A stretch of DNA of 63,824 nucleotides, filler included, from Stramenopiles sp. TOSAG23-3 (taxonomy: Eukaryota), in the NCBI GenBank assembly GCA_900128585.1. It is 10 parts of 10 records of this genome, joined end to end, with 100 filler letters (N's around TTAATTAATTAA, not from the genome) between each part and the next. Parts side by side here need not be neighbours in the genome. Positions count along the whole stretch, not along the records: positions 16,896 to 25,235 come from LT643032.1; positions 25,336 to 33,673 come from LT643033.1; 8 more parts are not named here. The stretch is one strand, 5' to 3'. Positions within the stretch are counted from its first letter, which is position 1; every line of letters starts with the position of its first letter. Made by a program: the position numbers and the translations under genes. A model generated the notes under the pieces. The model was not told the DNA's origin and did not search any database. It was given only the letters and a program-made list of their open reading frames with translations. Positions 20,136 to 32,079 of this stretch are shown piece by piece.

Positions 20136-22368
20136 ATGGGGCGGGTAATGATGTCGGAGTCCGAAAATTTTCAGTCGCTCACGGATCGAAAAAGAATCGA
20201 GCATGCTAGAAAGTTGGACGAACTAGATTGTCCGCAGGAACGTGTTAATCTAAAACGGGTAATGCAGAAATGGTACAAAGACCGCACAGAAGAAGAGTTG
20301 CGGACCCTTCACGAGTTCGTAGGGAGTGTTAAGTTCTTCCGGCAAGCACTGCAGAACGGGACAATATCTAAACAGACTATTGAAGAGCTCTGTAAAGGGG
20401 TAGAGATGAGAGTGTTCGAAAAGAACCAGGTGGTTTTTCGGCAAGGCAGCGCCGGCGATGCGTTTTATCTCGTCATAGAAGGAAACATGCACGTGCTGGT
20501 GAAACCGCACCATTCTTCCGAGACCGAGGAGGACGCGGCTTTGACGACAGGTGAGGGTGGTGACAAGCCGGGCGCAAAGGACAAAAAGCCTGCCGTGGAC
20601 TCGGCGGCGGAAACAACAGAGCCGTCCACGAACGATGAGGGCGATGAAAGGAAAGTGGGCAAGCACGGCGAAAAAGATTTTGAAGCAAGAAAACGAGCGT
20701 GGTTGCGACGAAGGTCGCAAGTAAACGTAGAAGAGGACATCCCGAGTTTGGCGGGGCACATCAGGGTTGCCATTATACAGGATGGGGGGTCTTTTGGAGA
20801 CCTTGCGCTTCTAAACAACGACGTTCGCTCCGCGTCCATTGTAGGAAAAGCAAGCAAGAATTATTTACTGGTGATACGGCGCGAGGTCTACGACCATGCA
20901 ATCTTGAAGTTGCAGAGAGAGATAATGAACAAACGTTTAAAATTTTTGAGGAGGATACACGCGTTTGATGGCTGGAACAAGGAAAGCGCATTATATCGCA
21001 GGCGACGTCATTGCGAAGGAAGGAGATCTGGCCGAAGATTTTATTCTAATAAAACGGGGAGAGGCGAGGGTTTTGAAACGGTTGAAGATAAAAGATATGC
21101 ATTTCTACGCCGAGCATATGGAGAGAGCCAACGCCCCCCACCTGTCACACTCTCATCACAACCACGACGATGGAAGTGGCGATGCTCACCACAGCCATGA
21201 ATTGCACCATAAGGACAATTCGGCTGCCAACAAGGCCCATCATAAGCTTCACACTGGAAAGAATAAGAAGCGGTTGAAGAAGTACTGCTTTGTAGACGTT
21301 GGAACGCTTAAAAAGTACGGCATGTTCGGCCACGTCGCGCTCTTGCCGAAGGCTAAGCACGTGCGGGACTTTCACATAAAAACGTTAGAAGTAAACGAAG
21401 ACTACACCCCTTCAGAACAGCCAACGTCCCCGTCGAGCAAAAAAGGCGTTACCGATTCAGCGCACCACACAGGCGACGTCCATGCCCATCACCACGAAAG
21501 ATCGCTGGTAGCCTCCAGTCAAATGACCGTGTACAAGCTGTCTCGGCACGATTTTGGCCGAAGGATGCACATGTTCTTGCAGACGTTAGCTCCCTTTATC
21601 GAGTACGAGAGGACCGAGGACGAGATTTCTGCCCAGCATCTGGAGACGGAAGAATGGGAACTGTTCAAGTCTGCCCTAATTGATGATACGCTACGCAACA
21701 GCGCTCGCTCGCGGCGATTGGCGCGCCACGACTTTTACGTTGGAAAACACTTCCAACCCCCGCCCCCTCGAAAATTGCCGGTTCCCCCGCGCGTCATTCG
21801 AGGGCATTACCACGATCCCTTGCTGGAATACTTGGAAAAAAGAAGAGCCATTCGGTTGGACTTTATAAGTGGAAAATCAAGAAAAGAGGCAATTGAAAAG
21901 ATCGGTCCAAGCCCCCTTGCTCGTCGGGCAAAAAGGGGGAAACTGGGCCATTCAACTAAAGTTGGGTGCACCATGGCCTTGGATGATCACATAAATTCCC
22001 GAGACGGGTACTGGTCTGCACAGAAGCTCAAACCTCAAAAAGTCGGAGATATCCACCACCATGATCCATCGGCGGCAGCATGGGAACTTGGCCTGTGGGA
22101 CCAGCCGAATCCACCCACGGACGTTAGGTACAGACGATTGATGAAAACTTACGAGCGCAGGCGGTTTAAAGAACATTCAATCAATCGTTTGCGAAAGGTA
22201 GCGATACACGCCAAGCATTCCGACTGGATCGTTGGCAACCCGGTAGCAAACCGTCGAAGAAAAGGCGTCCCACTGTTTAAGGCGGCTGCGAAATCTATGC
22301 GTAAAATTATAATATCAACATTTCAGAAAAACAGGAATGCGGTCAGCGATTCGTTTCGAAGTGTGTAA
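20136..22368 (+). CDS. Tandem cyclic-nucleotide-binding domain protein, frameshifted near 20988 in this assembly
   Basis: First cNMP domain: VVFRQGSAGDAFYLVIEG...GGSFGDLALLNNDVRSASI. Second domain in another frame: HYIAGDVIAKEGDLAEDFILIKRGEARV...MFGHVALL. Confidence 0.8.
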
Positions 22369-22442
22369 TAAGCCAATAGATAAATTCTTACGTTACGTAC
22401 ACAGTATAATTAAAAAACAAATTACAAAGTATGCTGATTTAA

Positions 22443-22491
22443 GACTCTCGTTTTATTATCAATTACGATTTCAGTTCCAACCCCAATCCTA
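22443..22491 (-). repeat. About 49-bp dispersed repeat shared with 37362-37409
   Basis: Reverse complement taggattggggttggaactgaaatcgtaattgataataaaacgagagtc versus taggattagggttggaactgaaatagtaattgatataaaatgagagtc. Confidence 0.8.
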
Positions 22492-22670
22492 AAATGGATT
22501 TTTTAATTTCATTAGTTGTCAATATCATCACTGAGGAATTATTTATATTCCAATGAACAATTACTACCAAGTGATAATATTTCTTTTCTTGAGTTAAAGT
22601 ATAATTTATTAGTAAAACGAAAAGTTAACGAATGCAAGAGCATACATGCAACTTTGCACTTATTCGCGTC

Positions 22671-23747
22671 TTAAATCGCCTTTTCCAACTCTTTTTCTAT
22701 ACTCTTTTGGTACCGTTTCGAAAATACCGATATGTAGAACCCAGCCCCATTCCATATACAAACGGAAACGATTACAACCGCAAATATGAAGTTCACTGCC
22801 TGGACATTGTAGTACAGGATCGTTGGGCAAAGCATTAAAAATGCTACGAAGACGTTGACAAAGCCATAGATTAACCACCCATACTTCATGGTTCCCAAAA
22901 CCTTCAATGGACCGCCTTTTCTTCGCGTTAGGTACCTATAGGAAGTCAAGTACTGCTCGGAAGGCATTGGGCAAACCCACTTTATACCGATCCCGTACGC
23001 AAGAATCCAGCACACATAAAACCCAATGGGGATTACTCCGGTGTAGAAGAATGTGCTGCACGGTTCATCAGGGGAACATACTTTGAAACGTTGGTCTTCT
23101 GGGAATTTTTCCGCAAACCAACGGATGCAATACGTCACCAGCATAGGCGAAATGTGTATGAACGCGGATGTTATCTTGTCTAAAGATTGAAGAAAATTAT
23201 ACAATGATTGTTAGAAGGGCCTACCGTGCAAGTGACGCACTTGAAGTAAAGTATACTTACCCAAAGAGTGAAACACCAAACTATTTTTAAATAAACAGAC
23301 GGCCCACGCCAACGGTCCGTGCGCAATAGAATATGCGACGACGAACAGTTCCTTGCTGCTTGGAAACACTATCAGGTAGAACAGCAAGAGAAGGTTTGCC
23401 CAGTAGCAAAAGTCGATCAGAAAATACTGGTACTTTTCACGAAAGTACAGAAATATTCGAAGTCCAATGAGTACTGGTGCTTTCACTATGTAATACCAAG
23501 GCATAAGCCAAGGAACGCCGTGGACAAAGAATGCCATGACCAGCACATTCACAACACCGAGAAAAAAAACCATCCTGTCTCTCAGTTTGAGACACCCAGG
23601 CGTCCTTGGATCGCCAATCCGTTCCAATTCCTCCATTTTAATATCGATCTCAAAGTCGTCGATATCGTCATATAAGTTATCTTCAGGGTCAGCACGCTGA
23701 GGCTGGGGCACGCCGGTCGCCTCCTTGGTCCTCTCTTCTTTCGACAT
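22671..23747 (-). CDS. GPC1: Glycerophosphocholine acyltransferase (GPC1/GPCAT, DUF2838); two exons (23747-23261, 23179-22671)
   Basis: YFLIDFCYWAN; GPLAWAVCLFKNSLVFHSL|DKITSAFIHISP restored by removing an 81-nt GTAAGT...TAG intron (23260-23180); YLTSYRYL; IWNGAGFY. Confidence 0.9.
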
Positions 23748-24309
23748 GGGAATTATTAGATAAATTGCTCACTAAACGAGACAGTTGCACTATTGGAAAA
23801 GGAAACGATGCCTTCCCTGTGATACACTTGTTAAATTAATCGTTGGTTTTCAACCAAGTGTAGGAAGGGAAAACAAACATTTATGTATAATTTAATAAAG
23901 ATACAGAAATAACAGCCAATTTTCTTGTTTTAATATAAAGATACAAAAAAAGAAGAAGATGATCGGTGATGATGAAGAAGAAGAGAAGAAGATTATAATG
24001 ATGTTGTTCTTCTTCTTCTTCTTTTTTTCTGTTTTATTATTTTATTGATTTAGTGCTGCTGTGTTGATGTTGTTGATTTTTAATATTTTATTAGTCCTCC
24101 TGTTTTTTTCCTTCTATTCTTCAACAACAACAACAACAAAAAAACAAAAAGACCAAAAGGAACAAACAGCATTTTCTTTGATCTTTTCACCCTTTCCCGG
24201 CCTTTGATCCTTTCGGATTTCAACAACATTAACTTTTAGTACAGAAGACTACTAGGACTAAGCAAACGAAAGTAAATTGCTCACATACTCTGTATCTCCC
24301 ACTTTGTGG

Positions 24310-25064
24310 TCAGCCTTTCTTCAGGTTGTACTTTTCCCTTAGCTGATTGTTTCGTTCTTTTCGTCTTCTTTTCGTCTCCTCCTGCTCCTCGATGCATGCT
24401 GCCAACGCCAAATCCATCTTCATGTCCATACTCTTATCTTGCGGCTTCTCCATTTTGAAAAATTTGGTGTATTCACCGACGGCCACTACCCAAGCATCCC
24501 TCTGTTCCATTGATGCAGCTTCCAAATCGGGGAGATTCCTGTCTTCCGGAAGGCCATCGATTGCTGGCCTTTCAGAACCGCAGTAATCGTATGGACTGGG
24601 ATGCAACCCCGCTGGTTCGCCCGGTCCGTCGGCTTTGCCCATGCGATTGCGTCTAAGCTCTTCGTCAAGTACACAAACCGGGGGTTGACGGCCGACCTAC
24701 CCAGCGTGAAAGCGCCAGATGAACCCGGGTGCTTTTTGAACATTTCGCCGTTTTGCAAAAAAGGTTTGTACTTGGCCTCCACCGTGTCTGCACGCGTCGA
24801 CACCTCGTAGCACTGGTCACACACCCTTACTTGGCCCTGTCCTTTAATAATTTCCCTTCGTTTTGTGCTGCAGGCGGAACATACTACTAAACCGCACAGC
24901 CGGCAGTGGTGCTTCCCAGAGAAAAGAAGACCGGATGAAATTGCCACGTTGCAGTTCGCGCAGCAGTCCGTCTCTGTGTCATCGACCCAGGACTGGGCCA
25001 CCTTCACGTTCGGGCTCCCACTACCTCCACCTTTTTTCGAGAACTGTGAAAAGAAGGACGCCAT
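24310..25064 (-). CDS. FYVE + PH domain protein, frameshifted near 24530 in this assembly
   Basis: FYVE: WVDD..CANC..KHHCRLCG..CSAC..RVCDQC. The PH domain starts at LQNGEMFKKH; its terminal helix DLEAASMEQRDAWV and the tail REKYNLKKG are in a different frame. Confidence 0.8.
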
Positions 25065-25335
25065 TATGGGCAAGACGACGACGACAACCACAACAACAAC
25101 AACAATCAAAACAATAAACAACAACAACAAAATAAAATTTATCTTTTTTTTTTTATTAAAAAATAATAAAGATTTTATAGAAATTAGGAAGAGCCGCGAG
25201 AAAAAGAAGACATCTCAATTATTTATTTTTTATTTNNNNNNNNNNNNNNNNNNNNNNNNNNNNNNNNNNNNNNNNNNNNTTAATTAATTAANNNNNNNNN
25301 NNNNNNNNNNNNNNNNNNNNNNNNNNNNNNNNNNN

Positions 25336-28300
25336 CTTCTAGAAGCACGAAGCACGTCCGCAGTTTTGGAATTTAAAACGCCGAAACTGAGATTGCGAAC
25401 GCACAAGATTACCGGGTTCGAAGTTCATTACTGCACCGGCCGGGCGCTGGTGCAATTGTCCGCGGAGGCGGAGCGGCAGAAGAGGCTGAAAAAGCAGCAG
25501 AAAAAACACGGGGTAGAAGTCAAAGTTAAAGACAACAACCAGTACTTAAAGAAGCAGCTCATCTGGAAAAGTGGGAAAGTCATAGGGTTTGCCCGGTCAT
25601 CTTCGTCCGAAAGGGGGTTTCGGTATACCCTCGAAGACCTTCCCGCTGGCGAAGCCGTCGTTGTGAAGGTACGGGCGCGCTTTAAAGACAAGGGGTGGAG
25701 TCCGTGGAGCACGGAATCCAATATATTCCAGACGGTAGACGGAAGAACGGCCAAGCGGTGCGACAAACCAATTGCAAAGACCAGAACGTTGAGGGAAGTC
25801 ATCCTGACGTGGCCCGCCCCAGCGGCCATGGGCATCTACGAGTACTGCGTGGAACAGGCACGCAGCAAAGGCTTGCATCCAAGGGACATCGAAACTGACA
25901 GTGAGGACGAGCAAGATGCTGCGGATCCGAACCAAAAACCACAGGGAACAGGAAATGGCGCAATGGGCCGAGACGAGCAGGGGAGCAAGGAAGAGAACGA
26001 TGAATACGAAGAGCCATACGACTTGGATGAGTTGCACTGGGAATCGGCAATCAACCACACAGTCGCTACGAATTCGGCCGTCTTGAAAAATTTGAAAAAT
26101 GGGGTGAATTACCGTTTCAGGATACGCTCGCGAAATGATTTTGGTTGGTCGGCGCCGGGGAAAATATCTGAAGAGATCAACCTTTTGCCGTCTCCCCCGT
26201 CTGCTCCGCTGGCACCGTTGAAGCAGAGCGTGACGGAACGGACCATTACAATTCGCTGGAACGAGCCGGAACTGAACGGGAGCTCGCGAATAGAATCGTA
26301 CGAAATAAAGATGGGTACCGATAAAAACGGGTGGGACCTGTACAACAAGGCGATACGATCCCAGTACGGGGAGTTTCACGAGCCCATTACTCCCGCAAAC
26401 TTGCTTACGCTGTCCCGGACGGGGACTGCACCTTCCACAGGCCTCACCCCTGCAAGCATCGATGGTAGGCCATGCACTAGTGATACCGTTTACTCCCTGG
26501 CGTCGACGACGGCCCCCAGCGAAGGCATGATACAGGAAATAGAAGAAGGACTGTACTGGCAAACCATCCAAGTCAATATTCGCGCAGAAGCAGAAACAGT
26601 CGGTACAGGGTCTTTGACCAAATACTGCTTTTACAGCATCGGCAACCTAGCCCCCGATACTGGCTACAAGCTGAGGGTCCGGGCGGTCGCTGCAAAAGGG
26701 CACTCGCCGTGGTCCAAAGCGAGCAAAGTTATGTACACGCAGCAGGAGATTATTGACATTCGTCAGATGATATGGGATGCAAAAAGCGAGGGACCAGAAG
26801 CCATTGTTGCGCTTATGTGCGACGAAAAATACTTGAAACATAGTGCGCTGCAGTGCCGGGCCATACGTGGCCTGCGAAGCGTGGCCATCACGTCAAAAGA
26901 CGGGCGGCACCGTGTCTTGAAAGCCGACGCCCAGCATACGATCGTGGAGGCCATGAAAAACCACGAAGACAACCACCATGTTGTGCGCTGGGGATGCCGT
27001 GCGCTTACCTCGCTCATCGACCCAGATGGGAAGGACAGCTCCCAGCTCTCCCATAAGCGCCCTTCGGTGCCCCTTCTCGGAAACGGGGAACGTGAGAACG
27101 GCGATGGGGTGGTGGACGTCTCTCAAAATATCTTTATGCTCAACCAACCGAGTGCATCAGAGGTGATTGCCGCCATGGTGAGGATGAAAAGCAATGCTGC
27201 TGTGCAGCAGTGGGCGTCCCAGTTCATCGTGGCACTCTGCCAAAAGCAACCAAACGGGAGCATCCTGGTCGGGAAAGCGCCTGGGGCGCTGGACGCAGTC
27301 GTTGGGGCATTGCGCTTGTATTTGAACAACGTAAAAATCATAGAACAGGCCCTTCAGGCGTTGTACGTAATCGCTCAAGCGAAAGAATCTAGTCGCCAGC
27401 TAGCTTGCGACTTAGATGCCCAGGGGATTGTCACCGGTATATTGGCACGGTACGAGCTAAATCCTGCGGTTGTAAATCATGCCCAAAACTGCCTTGCCGC
27501 CCTGAAGCCTCCGTCTAAAGTTCGGGCAATTGTTTCAAGGGGTGCAAATAGCCCGAACGCCCTTATGGACGAAGAAGAGACCAAGCGCAACAAGGAGATC
27601 AAAGACGCTAGCAAAATATTAAAGAGACCGACAAGTGCCAAGACATACAACAGTATGGGGGTGACGAGCAGCAAGTGGTCGGGCTCCACCGAAATCAGTC
27701 TGGCTTCGATCGGCAGCATGCTCGCGGATCGACTTCGCCCCGACGAGCTTGAATTTTTCCAGCGCATGGAGTTTGAACTGATGAGCCGTGCGATTGAATT
27801 GGCCCTGGAGCAGCCACCGGTAGAATTTTTTGCGCGTGCTGATCCGGAAGAGGTAGTCGCCGACCGGCTGTCGCTGGCAATAAAGAACGTGAAAGGCAAG
27901 ACCAGACCTGCGCCAGTCAGAAGTAAGCACAATGGCACGTTAGTGAGCCGATTTCCTATTATTGCCCCGAAAGAAGAGATCATAGATCCCCTGGACGAAG
28001 CGGGATTGACGGTGCACGAAGAAGAGGAGCAGCTCCTACTGCACGACGACCATGAATTCTTTCAGCAGTTCCGGCACAAGGATGAGGCATTTCTCCTTCG
28101 AAGGCTTGAGAGGCATCTTCGTCTGAGCGAGGAAGAAACCAAGCGACGAAAGAAGGCAAACCGGAAGAGGAGAAAAGAAGAATCGATGGAAGGAGTCGGA
28201 AGCGACGATGACTATGGCAGTGACACGAACAGCCAATACCGGAGTGAAGATGAGGAGCGCCCTAGGACGGGCCACTCCTCAACGGGCATTGAGGGCGAAT

Positions 28301-28686
28301 TTAAATTGGGAGACATAATTGACATGACTCAAGAGGAACAGTTGGCTGCATTTCTTCAGAGCTACAAGGGTTTTACTATGTACAAAGACGTTTTGGCGAG
28401 GGACGGGTTTGACGACATGGAATCTTTGATACACGCGGAACTGGATGATTTGAATGACATTCTTCCCGATTACGTTGCAAAACGTATCTACACCATTGTG
28501 CGACGAGAGAGGGTGTATTGGAAAAAGATTTACAACGTCCAGCGAAAGCGAAAGCAGTTGGAGCGCGACGAACGGCGCGAGGAGGAAGAACGAAGAAAAA
28601 GGGAAGAGGGGGAGTACAGCGATGACGGTTACAGCTGGGACGAAGATGACGACGACGGGCGTTCGTACCATCACGACGACTACTGA
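25336..28686 (+). CDS. FN3 repeats + ARM-like repeats + SAM-like domain protein (5' truncated)
   Basis: Three FN3 C-terminal motifs (VKVRARFKDKGWSPWS, YRFRIRSRNDFGWSAPG, YKLRVRAVAAKGHSPWS), ARM-like helices (IVEAMKNH..VVRWGCRAL) and SAM-like LAAFLQSYKGFTMYKDVLARDGFDDMESL. Frame is open from the contig edge. Confidence 0.8.
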   Translation, partial: LLEARSTSAVLEFKTPKLRLRTHKITGFEVHYCTGRALVQLSAEAERQKRLKKQQKKHGVEVKVKDNNQYLKKQLIWKSGKVIGFARSSSSERGFRYTLEDLPAGEAVVVKVRARFKDKGWSPWSTESNIFQTVDGRTAKRCDKPIAKTRTLREVILTWPAPAAMGIYEYCVEQARSKGLHPRDIETDSEDEQDAADPNQKPQGTGNGAMGRDEQGSKEENDEYEEPYDLDELHWESAINHTVATNSAVLKNLKNGVNYRFRIRSRNDFGWSAPGKISEEINLLPSPPSAPLAPLKQSVTERTITIRWNEPELNGSSRIESYEIKMGTDKNGWDLYNKAIRSQYGEFHEPITPANLLTLSRTGTAPSTGLTPASIDGRPCTSDTVYSLASTTAPSEGMIQEIEEGLYWQTIQVNIRAEAETVGTGSLTKYCFYSIGNLAPDTGYKLRVRAVAAKGHSPWSKASKVMYTQQEIIDIRQMIWDAKSEGPEAIVALMCDEKYLKHSALQCRAIRGLRSVAITSKDGRHRVLKADAQHTIVEAMKNHEDNHHVVRWGCRALTSLIDPDGKDSSQLSHKRPSVPLLGNGERENGDGVVDVSQNIFMLNQPSASEVIAAMVRMKSNAAVQQWASQFIVALCQKQPNGSILVGKAPGALDAVVGALRLYLNNVKIIEQALQALYVIAQAKESSRQLACDLDAQGIVTGILARYELNPAVVNHAQNCLAALKPPSKVRAIVSRGANSPNALMDEEETKRNKEIKDASKILKRPTSAKTYNSMGVTSSKWSGSTEISLASIGSMLADRLRPDELEFFQRMEFELMSRAIELALEQPPVEFFARADPEEVVADRLSLAIKNVKGKTRPAPVRSKHNGTLVSRFPIIAPKEEIIDPLDEAGLTVHEEEEQLLLHDDHEFFQQFRHKDEAFLLRRLERHLRLSEEETKRRKKANRKRRKEESMEGVGSDDDYGSDTNSQYRSEDEERPRTGHSSTGIEGEFKLGDIIDMTQEEQLAAFLQSYKGFTMYKDVLARDGFDDMESLIHAELDDLNDILPDYVAKRIYTIVRRERVYWKKIYNVQRKRKQLERDERREEEERRKREEGEYSDDGYSWDEDDDDGRSYHHDDY

Positions 28687-29057
28687 GAACTGAGATCTAG
28701 ATGCTGTGTGTATATATTATTTTAATATTTTTTTAAATTCAACAACAAACAACAATTTCTTCAATAAATATATAATGTCAACACACCACAGTAGCAGGAA
28801 GGGGAAAACCGCCGCTCCTCTCTTCTGGGTCGGTCGTCGGCGGTAGATAAATTAAAATTTAGTGCTTCGCGGTTCATCTGTCGTGTCCTGGATCGCATCG
28901 TTGAATAAGGAGAGGGAAACTAATGTATGAAATAATTTTAAATTGGGCAGTCAATGGTTCGTTGTATGTATGCAACACTTTCTTTTGTATTTAATTGCCA
29001 TACAGTTGGAATAACGAAAACAACAACAACAGCAGTACTCAACGAACACAGCAAACA

Positions 29058-30262
29058 ATGGCCGGGGCTGGCTCTGCGTGGTATGCCCCCTTGCTCCTGC
29101 CGTTCAACAATGTTATGACAGCGTCGGCTCTTACAGGGAAAGAAGAAGTCAAAACACCGACGGCCATATCCACAATGTCTATGACGGACCATTTGACAAG
29201 TATGGCGGCCGCAAGCCGCTCATTTGCGCTTGCATATGCTTGCGTCCACCTTGTGAACGACTACCCTGCCTTTGGCTCAGCGAAAACGCTCGAGTTCAGC
29301 TGGATGTGGCCTATAATCTTACGAAACCTCTTTGCGACGTGGGTCATTTGTGGCGGTTGGGACTATTTCCTCTACTTTAGCCCGTTAAAGGACAAGATGA
29401 AGCCTTTCAAGCTTAACCCGAAGTACCCGTCTATGAAGCAGTTTCAGCACGATGCCACGTGGACGACGATTAGTTCCCTCTGCGCGGCCGGGCTAGAGAT
29501 CGGGTTATGCCACGGCTGGGCGTCGGGGAAACTTCCAGCGATCCCGCACCAGTGGGAATGGACACCGCTGAACGTTCTTCTGGTGCTCACGACAACGCAC
29601 TGGCGCATACCGCACTTTTATTTGATTCACCGCGGGATGCACCCTTGGAAATGCGAAGGATTCCCCGACGTTGGAAAATTTTTGTACCGACACGTGCATT
29701 CCCTTCATCACAAAAGTTACAACCCGACGGCGTTTAGCGGGACCAGCATGCACCCAGTCGAGAGCACGCTGTACTATTCTGCATCGCTGATGGTTGTCCC
29801 ATTTGGGGTTCACCCTGCGATTGTGCTTGGGTGCATTATTGATTGTGCGGTTGGCGCATGGCTAGGACACGATGGTTTCCAGTGGCCAGGCTCTGGGGAC
29901 TACTTTCACCAACTGCACCACGCGCACTTCGATTGCAACTGTACGTTTCTTCACTCTCCCTCTCCCCTTTGCCACGGTAGATTCGCTAACATTTTATTTG
30001 TTTTCTCCCTGCAGACGGGGCCACCCATGTCCCAATGGATCGTTGGTTTGGAACATTTGCTGGCGCAAAGGACGATTTAAAAAAGATATGGAAAGGCAAA
30101 AATTCTGGAATGAAGCACAACACGACAGCAGTCCATGGCGAAAAACAAGCTGAGCAGGCAAGAAAATCGGCGGCGGGAAAGAAGAAATCTACTATGACCA
30201 AAAAGTCAAAACAGCAAAAGAAAAGGCGATCGGCAACCCCGTCAAAGAAGAAAAAGAAGTAA
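29058..30262 (+). CDS. Sterol desaturase/fatty acid hydroxylase family protein; two exons (29058-29940, 30015-30262)
   Basis: His boxes HRGMH, HSLHH, HQLHH. Removing a 74-nt GTACGT...CAG intron gives HFDCNYGATHVPMDRWFGT. Poly-Lys C-terminus. Confidence 0.9.
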
Positions 30263-31165
30263 AAAAACAAAATGGGCTGTGCATGTTTAACATGTTGAGC
30301 AGTACTTTGTGGAAGACCATTATGGAACTGAGCAATGGGGCTGGTGTTTTTCAGCCCGCCAATGCAAGCAGCACTATTGGTGAAGCATTTGGTGGAGCAA
30401 GAGACTTCCCCGCACAAGAATTTGGAAACAGAAGAAGGCCGGAATTTGGAATTTTTTAGAAGAAAAAAAAGAAAAAAAGGAAAATTATTAATTAAATAGG
30501 GTGAATTCATTATATATACAAATTTTATTCTTTTAAGTACAATAATAATCTAATCCAAATCTTCCAAATGACATCCTTCCAAAGTATAAAGGACACACCA
30601 CTAAATTGAATTTTATATAGATATAAATGTATTCTACATTTAAAAGTTATTAAATTATTTTCTTTTTGTATACTATATAATGTATATTATATATTCTTAA
30701 AATGTGTAATACTTAGTTTAATGAAAATTCAAATATTTGTGAAAAACCTTCATCGAAACCTTCTTAAAAAATATTAAACAATAAGGAATACTTTATCTTA
30801 TGACTTCATGATTAAATATTTATTCATCACTATTGTACGTTTTAAATATATGTTTTAAATATGTATGTCCTTAAGTTTGATTGATTTGATTGATTGATGA
30901 TTATTGATTATTTTGTAGAAGAAGAAGAATGAACACAAAGAGAACAACGCATCATACAAGGCGGAGAGAAAACAAACCAATGAGTTTAAATAGCTAACCA
31001 AACAAACCAAGACCGGACGGATAAATTCATAGGATAGAATAGAATGGAAAGGTTGAATTGAAAGAAATTAAAGAAACTGTTAAAGAATTAAAGGAAAAGA
31101 AACGTCACCTTTTGATTCAGTTTTTTTATTGCCTTCTTGATATTATTGCATAAATACCTATCACA

Positions 31166-31895
31166 ATGGACTCCATTTTTGGTTTTGTCGGCAAAGAGTA
31201 AGTAAGCCCCGTGTGCACTCGCCGTGCCAACCACGCTCGGCCCCCGTTTCAAATTCACTAACCCGCTCCTTTCTTTCAAACTTTTCAACAGCTTCGTACT
31301 TATGTGTGCGGATACCTCTCAAATACGATCCGTAATGTCTTTGAAAGCGGACGAAGACAAACTATACCAGGTCGCCGACAACAAACTTTTAGGCCTCTCT
31401 GGGCCGGTGGCGGACCGTTCGTCGTTTTCGGAATACGTCGAAAAGAACATTCGCCTGGATGCCATGCGCCGCGGGACGAGGCAGTCGTCGTGGGCGACCG
31501 CCAACTGGATAAGCGAGCAGCTGGCGTATGCCTTAAGGAAAGGGCCGTACCAGGTGCAGTCTTTGTTTTGTGGCTTCGACGAACCGACGAATGAGATCGA
31601 CGTAGGCGACAGTGCCGTCGGTGGGCCGCAGCTGTATTGGATGGATTACATGGGGTCGATGCGAAGGAGTTATTTTGGTGCCCAAGGCCACTGCAATTTC
31701 TTTTTGTGGGCATTGTTCGATGCCAATTGGAAGCCAAACATGACCCTTGACGAAGCCTTGGATCTTGTAGAAATTTGCAAAACGCAGTTAAAAACCCGTT
31801 TCTTAGTAAATGCGCCATCGTACGTTGTGAAGGTCATCGACAAGGATGGCATTCGAGTTGTCGAGCAGAAAACTGGCACTGCGCCTACCGCCTAA
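31166..31895 (+). CDS. PSMB2: 20S proteasome subunit beta type-2 (beta4/PRE1); two exons (31166-31197, 31292-31895)
   Basis: MDSIFGFVGKD|FVLMCAD after removing a 94-nt GTAAGT...CAG intron; ALRKGPYQV, PQLYWMDYMGS, VVKVIDKDGIR. Confidence 0.93.
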
Positions 31896-32079
31896 AACAA
31901 TGCACGCGCGGCGAGAGGGCAAGGCTTTTTTGTAAGGAGTATTTTTTAGGATTGAAACAAAATAATAATTAAGAGTAGTCTTTTGTGACGTGTTACGTAG
32001 ACGTAAGAGTAGGGGTTAAATTTGATTCGTAGAAACGAGATTTATGATATCTGTGGTATGTTTAAAAATGACACACTCT

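Noticed and set aside
5295..24545. Programmed ribosomal frameshifting in three genes
   Set aside because: No shared slippery site, and domain spacing indicates missing codons that a frameshift could not supply.
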